A DNA stretch of 64,000 nt, from positions 1 through 64,000 of the forward strand of contig CAVQRZ010000025.1 in the NCBI GenBank assembly GCA_963715335.1. The letters run 5' to 3'. Positions 56,155-64,000 of this stretch are shown one piece after another (the first letter of the stretch is position 1; each line of letters opens with the position of its first letter). This stretch comes from an uncultured delta proteobacterium. GTDB taxonomy: Bacteria; Desulfobacterota; Desulfuromonadia; Desulfuromonadales; BM103. Below the pieces are notes generated by a model. It worked only from the letters and a program-made list of their open reading frames with translations, ran no database searches and was not told the origin of the DNA. The translations under genes were made by a program, and so were the position numbers.

Positions 56155-57693
56155 ATGAGCAAGATGAAGACAATTAAAATTTTTGATACGACTTTGCGCG
56201 ATGGCGAACAATCCCCTGGCGCGAGCATGAACATTGAGGAAAAATTGCGGATCGCCAGCCAGTTGGAAAAGCTCAATGTCGATGTGATCGAGGCAGGGTT
56301 CCCGATTGCCTCTGACGGCGATTTTGAGGCAGTCAAGAAAATTGCCCAGACGATCAAGGGCCCGGAAATTGCCGGCCTATGCCGTGCCAATTTCAAAGAC
56401 ATCGATCGTGCCTGGGATGCTCTCAAGTATGCCGGCAGTCGGGGCCGTATCCATACGTTTATCGCAACCTCCGACATTCACATGGAGCGCAAGCTGCAGA
56501 TGTCGCCGGCCAAGGTCAAGGAAACGGCGATCAAGGCTGTTAAGCATGCAGCGGCTTATACCCCCAACGTTGAGTTTTCTTGTGAGGATGCGGTACGTAC
56601 CCGCCTCGATTTTCTGGCGGAAATGGTCGAGGCGGTGATCGATGCCGGGGCGACAACGGTCAATATCCCGGATACGGTCGGCTACGCGATTCCTTTCGAG
56701 TTCTTTAACATCATCAAGTACCTGAAAGAGAATGTGCCGAATATCGACAAGGCCGTCCTGTCTGTGCATTGCCATAACGATCTCGGCCTTGCCGTGGCAA
56801 ATTCTCTGGCGGCCATCCAGGCGGGTGCGGGGCAGGTCGAATGCACGATAAACGGCATCGGCGAGCGGGCCGGAAACTGCTCCCTTGAAGAGGTCGTCAT
56901 GGCCTTGCGCACGCGCCGCGACATCATGCCTTATGACAACAACATCAAAACCGAACACATCTATGCGGCCAGTCGCCTGCTCTCGACCGTCACCGGCATC
57001 GTCGTGCAGCCCAACAAGGCCATTGTCGGTGCCAATGCCTTTGCCCATGAGGCCGGGATCCATCAGCATGGTGTGTTGATGGACAAGGAAACCTACGAGA
57101 TCATGACGCCCGAGTCGATCGGCCTTAATGCCAACAAACTGGTGCTCGGCAAGCATTCTGGTCGCCACGCTTTTGTTGCCAGGCTCCATGAACTTGGTTA
57201 CGACCTGCCCAAGGAAGATGTCGAAAAAGCTTTTGTGCGCTTCAAGTCGCTGGCAGACAGGAAGAAGGAAATTTTTGACGAGGATCTTGATGCGATTGTC
57301 GCCGACGAAATCATCCGGGTTCCTGAAACCGTCAAATTGCTGCAGATGAGCGTTTCCTCCGGGTCCTTTGCCGCGCCGACTGCTACGGTCGAGCTTGAAG
57401 TAAGGGGTAAGGTGAAAAAGACCGCCGTGATGGGTGACGGGCCAGTTGATGCTACTTTTAAAGCAATCAAAAAACTTACCAGGATGGAGCCGTATCTTGT
57501 CAACTTCTCAGTCGGTTCAATTACCGGCGGCACCGATGCCCTGGGTGAATGTACTGTGCGACTTGGGTATGAGGGGCATGAAGTTCTGGGCCAGGGTGCA
57601 CACTCTGATATCATCGTTGCCAGCGCCAAGGCTTACATCAATGCACTCAACAAGGCCCTGGATGTCACACAGCGCACCAGGGTGGAAATCTAA
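56155..57693 (+). CDS. leuA: 2-isopropylmalate synthase
   Basis: [46 protein letters not shown]. Confidence 0.97.
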   Translation: MSKMKTIKIFDTTLRDGEQSPGASMNIEEKLRIASQLEKLNVDVIEAGFPIASDGDFEAVKKIAQTIKGPEIAGLCRANFKDIDRAWDALKYAGSRGRIHTFIATSDIHMERKLQMSPAKVKETAIKAVKHAAAYTPNVEFSCEDAVRTRLDFLAEMVEAVIDAGATTVNIPDTVGYAIPFEFFNIIKYLKENVPNIDKAVLSVHCHNDLGLAVANSLAAIQAGAGQVECTINGIGERAGNCSLEEVVMALRTRRDIMPYDNNIKTEHIYAASRLLSTVTGIVVQPNKAIVGANAFAHEAGIHQHGVLMDKETYEIMTPESIGLNANKLVLGKHSGRHAFVARLHELGYDLPKEDVEKAFVRFKSLADRKKEIFDEDLDAIVADEIIRVPETVKLLQMSVSSGSFAAPTATVELEVRGKVKKTAVMGDGPVDATFKAIKKLTRMEPYLVNFSVGSITGGTDALGECTVRLGYEGHEVLGQGAHSDIIVASAKAYINALNKALDVTQRTRVEI

Positions 57694-57706
57694 ATAGTTC
57701 AACATT

Positions 57707-57739
57707 TCGCCGGCAGGGCTTCCCTGCCGGCGATTTTTT
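57707..57739 (+). terminator. Intrinsic terminator after leuA
   Basis: TCGCCGGCAGGG-CTT-CCCTGCCGGCGA plus T6. Confidence 0.85.
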
Positions 57740-57793
57740 AGTTAATATGCACGGATTATTTTCCGTGCGTACTTTTTGTTACGAGGAGTCACT

Positions 57794-59074
57794 ATGGGAC
57801 AGACGACAGCAGAAAAAATATTCGCCGCACATTTGCGCGATGAACCTTTCCAGGGGACCAAAGTCCTTGATCTCGACCGGGTCCTCTGCCACGAGATTAC
57901 CACGCCGGTTGCTATCGCCGATCTTGAATGGCGGGGCAAGGACCGGGTTTTTGATTCGTCCAAGATCAAGGCCGTCATTGATCACGTAACTCCGGCCAAG
58001 GACAGCAAGACGGCTCTTCAGGCCAAAATCCTGCGCGACTGGGCTCGTCGACATGAGATCAAAGACTTCTTTGATGTCGGGCGCAATGGCGTCTGTCATG
58101 CGCTCTTTCCGGAAAAAGGCTTTATCCGCCCTGGCTTCACCGCCATTATGGGAGATTCGCACACCTGCACGCATGGCGCGTTCGGGGCTTTCGCCGCCGG
58201 TGTCGGTACCACCGATCTTGAAGTCGGCATTCTGAAAGGCGTCTGCGCCTTCCGTGAACCGAAAACGATCCGGGTTAATTTGACTGGAAAGCTTGCTGGC
58301 GGCGTTTATGCCAAGGATGTAATCCTCTTCGTAATAGGTCAACTTGGTGTCAACGGTGCCACGGACCGGGTCATCGAATTCCATGGGCCGGTTGTTGAGG
58401 CAATGAGTATGGATGCGCGTATGACCCTGTGCAACATGGCGATCGAGGCCGGTGGGACCTGCGGCATCTGCCAGCCTGACATGGTTACGGTGGAATACCT
58501 CTGGCCTTTCATTGAGGGCGAATATGCGAACAAGGCGGAAGCCCTCGCGGAATTTCAGAAATGGGTTGCCGACAGTGATGCTGATTATGACAGGGTCCTG
58601 GATTTTGAGGTTTCCGCGCTCGAACCACAGGTGACTTATGGTTTCAAGCCCGACTGTGTCAAGTCTGCCAAGGAAATGACGGGGGAAAAAGTCGACCAGG
58701 TTTATATCGGGACCTGTACCAACGGCCGGATCGAAGACCTTCGCCAGGCGGCGGAAATTCTGAGAGGGCGGACGGTCGCTGATTCGGTGCGCGGCATTGT
58801 TTCACCAGCCACACCGAAGATTTTCCAGCAGGCCCTGGCCGAGGGGCTCATTCAGATTTTTATGGATTCAGGTTTCTGTGTCACCAACCCGACCTGCGGT
58901 GCCTGTCTCGGCATGAGCAATGGGGTCCTGGCGGAAGGCGAAGTCTGTGCTGCGACCAGCAACCGAAACTTCAATGGCCGGATGGGCAAGGGCGGGATGG
59001 TCCACCTGATGAGCCCGGCGACCGCTGCCGCCACTGCAATCACCGGTGTTATCACCGATGCGAGAGACCTTTAA
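57794..59074 (+). CDS. leuC: 3-isopropylmalate dehydratase large subunit
   Basis: HEITTP, DSHTCTHG, GTCTNGR, CGACLG, SNRNF.GR. Confidence 0.95.
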   Translation: MGQTTAEKIFAAHLRDEPFQGTKVLDLDRVLCHEITTPVAIADLEWRGKDRVFDSSKIKAVIDHVTPAKDSKTALQAKILRDWARRHEIKDFFDVGRNGVCHALFPEKGFIRPGFTAIMGDSHTCTHGAFGAFAAGVGTTDLEVGILKGVCAFREPKTIRVNLTGKLAGGVYAKDVILFVIGQLGVNGATDRVIEFHGPVVEAMSMDARMTLCNMAIEAGGTCGICQPDMVTVEYLWPFIEGEYANKAEALAEFQKWVADSDADYDRVLDFEVSALEPQVTYGFKPDCVKSAKEMTGEKVDQVYIGTCTNGRIEDLRQAAEILRGRTVADSVRGIVSPATPKIFQQALAEGLIQIFMDSGFCVTNPTCGACLGMSNGVLAEGEVCAATSNRNFNGRMGKGGMVHLMSPATAAATAITGVITDARDL

Positions 59075-59109
59075 TTTTGCTGATCGCTTTACTTCAAGGA
59101 GCCTGAACA

Positions 59110-59643
59110 ATGAAGAAGACATTCGGTGGCCCGACGATTTTTCTCGATCGAGCCGATATCAATACCGACGAGATCATTCCAGCCAAGTACCTCACCGAAG
59201 TGACCAAAGAAGCTCTCAAGCCCTACTGTCTGGAGGATCTCAAGCTGGAAGGCTTCGACCCTAAAGGCGAGAAGCTCGCCAAGTCCAGAGTCGTTGTCAC
59301 CAGGGAAAACTTCGGTTGTGGTTCCTCCCGCGAACACGCTCCATGGGTCTTCGAGGTAAACGGGATTCATACCGTCATTGCAGAGAGCTATGCCCGCATT
59401 TTTCGCCAGAACATGTTCAACTGCGGTATGCTGGCCATCGAACTGCCGAAAGAGCAGGTTGACAAGCTATTTGCCCTCGAACAGGGCAATGGTGAAGTGG
59501 ATATTGCAATCAACCTTGCCGAGCAAAAGATTGTTGCACGCGGCAATGGTCGCGAAGAAAAGTGCAGCTTCGAGATCAGCCCATTCGACAAGGCCTTGGT
59601 TGAAGCCGGCGGCTGGGTTGAGTATGCTGACGCGCGTTACTGA
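59110..59643 (+). CDS. leuD: 3-isopropylmalate dehydratase small subunit
   Basis: INTDEIIPA, NFGCGSSREHA, SYARIF. Confidence 0.95.
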   Translation: MKKTFGGPTIFLDRADINTDEIIPAKYLTEVTKEALKPYCLEDLKLEGFDPKGEKLAKSRVVVTRENFGCGSSREHAPWVFEVNGIHTVIAESYARIFRQNMFNCGMLAIELPKEQVDKLFALEQGNGEVDIAINLAEQKIVARGNGREEKCSFEISPFDKALVEAGGWVEYADARY

Positions 59644-59660
59644 TGCACAGGAACATTATT

Positions 59661-59676
59661 TGGTACGAATTTTGTA
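59661..59676 (+). promoter_or_regulatory. Candidate sigma-54 promoter
   Basis: TGGTACG-AATT-TTGTA versus consensus TGGCACG-N4-TTGCW. Confidence 0.4.
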
Positions 59677-59788
59677 TGTACACATACAGAGATTTTACTG
59701 TTTTTTTAAGACTCTGATTTTATTAGGATTTCATTGATTCGGGTGAGGGCTCTTCTGATTTGCGCTGTTACAGGGGGGAGGTAAAAAA

Positions 59789-59803
59789 TGACAAAATTTG
59801 TCA
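59789..59803. promoter_or_regulatory. Perfect palindrome, candidate regulator site
   Basis: TGACAAA-A-TTTGTCA. Confidence 0.4.
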
Positions 59804-59931
59804 CTACAGCGCAATACATAGTTGGAGGTCGTACCCCCTCTTCCGTGTTATGTCGTTAGTTTAATGGATTAGGAATTTTAAGAACTGACTCTCTTTAAGG
59901 CTATAACTAAAAGATAAGCGAGAGAAGAATT

Positions 59932-60463
59932 ATGAAGACAATTAGTCGGGACAGCGCAAGTGTCAATCGGGTCTTGTCCAGCAGGAATGGATAGAACTTG
60001 GCAAGCGCCCAAAGCTTTGACCGGCGAGGCTGGTTTTACCATGATTGAATTGCTTATGGTATGCGCTATCCTTGGCATATTAGTTTCTCTTACTATCCCG
60101 CAATATACTAAAATTCAGGGACAAGAATCAAAGTTACCACGGCGGTTTCCGAAATTCGCGGCATAGAAAAGAGTGTCTTTGCCCACATTGCTGACAATCA
60201 GGATTACCCTAACTCCTTGAATGATCTAAACTTGGCAATCTTGGCGGGACCCCTGGGACCAACCTTACCAGTACCTGAAGAGAACAAACAATCCTGGGGC
60301 AATGAGACAGGGCCCGTTTTTAGATGATTTAAATTCGGACTTTGATGTCTACAGTCTTGGCCCGGATGGTTTGACCACCCAGGTTATTACTGATGCGGAG
60401 GGCTTGGATGATATCGTCCGGACCTCCGACGGTGGGTGGGTTGGAACAGGCGCAGATTTTTAA
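59932..60463 (+). pseudogene. Prepilin-type (GspG-like pseudopilin) gene broken by frameshifts, possibly assembly errors
   Basis: G|FTMIELLMVCAILGILV cleavage/methylation motif; downstream frames give KVTTAVSEIRGIE...YPNSLNDL and DPWDQPYQY...LNSDFDVYSLGPDG...DDIVRTSDGGWVGTGADF-stop; start uncertain (59932 or 59987). Confidence 0.8.
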
Positions 60464-60532
60464 TGTTGGTGTGGTCACAATTCTTTTTGAATCCATGACA
60501 GGTCTTTTAGCCATTTTTGAGGTGGTCAATAA

Positions 60533-61486
60533 ATGAAGTGCTCATGTCCTAAGTGTGATGCGATAATCGAGACGAGTCATCTCGATGTCTCTGCGAGCGG
60601 TAGCTCTCAGCGCTGTACGGAATGCGACGATAAATTCTGGGCGATAAGAGGAAAAATTTTCGCTGAGAGCCTATAAGAAGCAAGGTCGGATTTATTGTTT
60701 CGATTGTGGCCAGGAACTGGGCATCGAAAACCTCTGCCTGGGCTGTGGAAGTCATTGCCCAGATTACTGCATCGTGCAGGCGTCCAAACCTGTTCCCCGT
60801 AAACAAAAAAGAGCCGGTTTCGACTTTAGCTTTGCACGCAGGCCAAAGGTTTCAAAACCAAAAGCTTCTGTTGATCGTAAACCTTCGTCAGCCGTTGTGT
60901 CGAGGAAGCCTTCCGAAGAGAAAGCTGGTTCTCGTTGGATGATCTATGCCGGCATCACAGCTCTGGCTCTCATCCTGATTGGTGCCACGGTTAATCTTTA
61001 TATGACTCACAACGCGGAAAAACAATATTCCAAGACCATTGATCAGCTGCACTGTACGGGGTGAAATCTGGCACGGATACGTGTCTGAAAGTGATGGATG
61101 AACTGACCTCCCAATGGGAGAAGGAAACTGGAACAGGGGCCGGGATTGTTCCCAAGATGAGTCAGAAAGATCGAGACAGGCTGGAACAAGTCAAGGGCCG
61201 GGTAGACCAGATCTGTTGAAGGCTTGGGCGAGACACCGGAGAAATTTGCCGAAGCGAAAGCGAATCTTGGCAAACTGCACGCGGTCTATGCGAGAATATA
61301 TTCCACTGTCCATTTCCTCGCCCGCGTCTCTGGATGAGTTCAAAACGGCGAGAATTAAACTTGAAGCCGATTTTTTCAAATCAGCTGATGAACTCAAAAG
61401 AGTCCATGCCGAAAATCATGCAAGATGAATTGGAAGTTGCAATCAACAAATACAAGAATCTGGAGTTTATGGTCAAAAGCAAGTGA
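60533..61486 (+). pseudogene. Cys-rich zinc-ribbon, single-TM membrane protein broken by many frameshifts
   Basis: MKCSCPKC...CTEC; after a +1 shift near 60650: YCFDCG...LCLGCG..CPDYC, basic linker, TM WMIYAGITALALILIGATVNLY, helical C-terminus ending YKNLEFMVKSK-stop. Confidence 0.7.
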
Positions 61487-61568
61487 TGCGCCGTTAACTT
61501 CCACATTCTCTGCTGTGAACGTCAAGTCATGCAAGTGAGTTCCCGTGATTCGCTGATGGCATTTAAAA

Positions 61569-61603
61569 GAAGAGGCGCACGCCAAGCGCGCCTCTTCATT
61601 TTT
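61569..61603 (+). terminator. Intrinsic terminator-like hairpin
   Basis: GAAGAGGCGC...GCGCCTCTTC-ATTTTT. Confidence 0.7.
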
Positions 61604-61718
61604 GTGCAGCCTGCGGAATAACCACAGGCTGTATTATGTTTGTACATTAAAAGACCTATATTTTTGTAGAGTGACGGGACGTATCAGACAAAAATAAGGT
61701 TAGAATATTTTTAATAGC

Positions 61719-61741
61719 AATAAAACAAACATTGTTTTATT
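61719..61741. promoter_or_regulatory. Candidate operator upstream of the chemoreceptor gene
   Basis: AATAAAACAA-ACA-TTGTTTTATT with perfect 10-bp arms, just downstream of -10-like TAGAAT (61701). Confidence 0.5.
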
Positions 61742-61774
61742 TTAAATGGCGGGGGGTTATCTGTAGAGGGTCTG

Positions 61775-63588
61775 ATGATTACTGCTGTAAAGCATGTTTA
61801 CACCTGGCTGGAAAAAACCTTTTTCAATACGCTGACCCGTAAAGTTGGTCGGCAACTTCCTGTTTCTCGCCTTGATTTTTTCTGCATCTCTGTTTATTAC
61901 CAACGAATACCATGAGACTGTTTCTCGCATGGTTGCCGCAGGCGGTGATACGACGCTGATTGAAGCCATCAAAGAAGTCTCGCGCATTTCAACGCGACAT
62001 ATGCTGATCCTGCATATATTCGGCGCTCTTGTCTTTTTGTGCCTGATTTTTTTTCTTCGCCATTTGATTGTTCGCCCGGTGCGGATGCTTTTCGAAATAT
62101 TTGAAGATATGGGATGGGCCAAGGGCGACCTTTCGGTTGTCGTGGAAGCGGTATCCCATGACGAATTCCGTCAGCTGACCGAAAATTACAATACCTTCCT
62201 GGCGATGCTGCGCAAGGTTTTTCTCACCCTGCGTCAACAGGGCGTCAACATAGCTGTTAATTCGGCAATTGTCGCAAGCAAGGTGTCAATCTCCTCTCGC
62301 CATGCACAAATGCAGAGTGACCTGAGCGACGAAATTTTCACAGGAACACGCGAATCGTTGCTTGCGTTAAACGAGGCCGCCAATAACGCAAGTGCCTTGT
62401 TTGAATCAACATGTAACAACCTGGGGAAGGCCAAAAACAATATCAGGGAACTGAACCAGGTGAATAGTGACATTGGCGATATGAGTACCAAGGTTGCCAG
62501 CTATGCCGAAAGTCTGCGGGATATGGACTCGCGATCACAGGACATCAAGAACCTTGTCGATCTGATCAAGATGATTTCGCATCGAACAAGTCTTCTCTCA
62601 CTGAATGCATCGATCGAAGCGGCACGAGCCGGGGACGCAGGTAAGGGGTTCGCTGTTGTTGCCCAGGAAATCCGCAAGCTGGCTGAACAGGTCAAAGATG
62701 CCAATGACAGAATCTCAGACCGTATCGCCGGCATCCTTGAAAATATCCAGGCCTCATCGCAAGCGGCAGACAGCCTGCATGAGACGACGATTGTAAGCAG
62801 AGACGCCCTGCAATCGACCTGTACGCATTTCGGCGCAATGGTCAGTGATTTTGAGTCGAACACGAGTCAGATCGAGGTCGGTGACAACTGCTATCAAACA
62901 GGTAACGATGGCCAGCCAGATGGTTTACGAAAAGATGTCGACCATCTCCGAACTCAACCAAGATGTGGCGAATATGATGATTGATTCGGCCAAGTCCTCA
63001 GAACACCTCAAAACAGAGACTGAGGAAATGCAGGAGTTGGTGGCACGGTTTAAAACCGGAGAGGGATACCTTGAGCATCTGATCAGTAGCACGTCGGATT
63101 TCAGAGACCGGATTCAGGATCGTTTTGAAGCTTTACTGAAAGAACGTATAGATATATTCGATCGTCGCTATCAACCGATACCGGGAACCGATCCGGTCAA
63201 GTACAAGACCGACTATGATGACACGTTTGAAAAAGAGCTGCAGCCTTGGTATGACAAAATGGTCGCCGACCTGAAAGGTACGATTTATTGCCTCTGCGTT
63301 GATGTCAACGGTTATGCCGGGACTCACAACAGTCGTTTCTCCCAGCCGCTGAGCGGGGATTACGACACCGACTTGATCAACAGCCGCGACAAGAGGATTT
63401 TCGACGACCCGACCGGTAAACGCAGTGCCCAGAATACCAACCCTTTCCTGCTGCAGACTTATGCACGCGATACAGGTGAGGTCTTGAGTGATCTGTCTCT
63501 GCCGATCTTCGTCAAAGAGCGACACTGGGGCGCTGTCCGACTTGGATTTAACCCGGTTATTCTATTGGAGCAGGATCAGGTAGGCTGA
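61775..63588 (+). CDS. Methyl-accepting chemotaxis protein with extra C-terminal domain; frameshifts near 61843 and 62877
   Basis: [23 protein letters not shown] joins LVGNFLFL (+1); two TM helices, HAMP, signalling hairpin [34 protein letters not shown]; second +1 join [11 protein letters not shown]. Confidence 0.9.
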
Positions 63589-63805
63589 TTCTTAACTTCT
63601 GTCGGCTTTGATCTGATGGCCCTAAAGATGCAAATGTGATTGTGATGGCCGGATAATTGAAAGTCCGGCCTGTGCATCGGAGCGAGGGTGAATAAGTGCC
63701 GTATGGGTCAACAGACTATCCGATCGTTCCATATCCTTGACTTTTACATGGGCGAATGTTAAAAGCGCGAGGCTTTTACAAATTATAATCATTCTGGAGG
63801 ATAGC

Positions 63806-64000
63806 ATGGAACAGACATTCGCAATCATAAAGCCCGATGCCTTTGCTGCCGGAAATGCCGGCAAGATTCTGGCACGCGTTTACGCTGAAGGCTTCAAGGT
63901 GGTCGGCATCAAGAAACTTTACATGAGCAAGGTTGAGGCGGAAGGCTTCTACTACGTGCACAGGGCGCGCCCTTTCTTCGCTGAACTGACCGATTTCATG
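63806..64000 (+). CDS. ndk: Nucleoside diphosphate kinase (3'-truncated by window edge)
   Basis: Hand translation [12 protein letters not shown]...[30 protein letters not shown]. Confidence 0.96.
   Translation, partial: MEQTFAIIKPDAFAAGNAGKILARVYAEGFKVVGIKKLYMSKVEAEGFYYVHRARPFFAELTDFM

Noticed and set aside
61605..61700. c-di-GMP riboswitch upstream of the chemoreceptor
   Set aside because: No GGCAAAC / GNRA / GCAAAG architecture visible
63622..63658. TAAAG...GCCGGATAA resembling a sigma-28 promoter
   Set aside because: Spacing is too long, the -10 is imperfect, and the downstream gene is ndk

Overview
Mostly a core-genome segment from a deltaproteobacterium. Gene order and protein signatures fit the Desulfuromonadales/Geobacterales; this taxonomy is an inference. 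In order, the window holds: the end of a type IV pilus operon (pilO-pilP-pilQ); aroK-aroB, a TPR protein, an MglC-like roadblock protein, aroQ, a peptidase, accBC, a lipoate ligase and mqnA; tRNA-Leu(UAA); a MoaD / aldehyde:ferredoxin oxidoreductase / aldehyde dehydrogenase cassette; kdsB-pyrG-kdsADC-lptCAB-rpoN-hpf-ptsN-hprK-rapZ plus a mannose-family PTS, HPr and EI; a SAM-cycle cluster (metK, sahR, ahcY); lptFG; rpsB-tsf-pyrH-frr-uppS-cdsA-dxr-rseP-tsaB; ilvDBNC-psd-pssA; a Leu T-box riboswitch with leuA and leuCD; an AT-richer accessory stretch (pseudopilin, zinc-ribbon membrane protein, chemoreceptor); and the start of ndk. I saw no CRISPR array, integrase, transposase, prophage or rRNA. 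The best leads come from reading the sequence directly: a hidden 47-aa degenerate ferredoxin ORF between frr and uppS, a probable ATT start codon for cdsA, several operator palindromes, ahcY and ilvC genes that look xenologous, and many frameshifts. The frameshifts are mostly single extra bases (mqnA, PTS IID, and dense at 59.9-62.9 kb) and look more like long-read assembly error than gene decay. I cannot claim a clearly new biological system.
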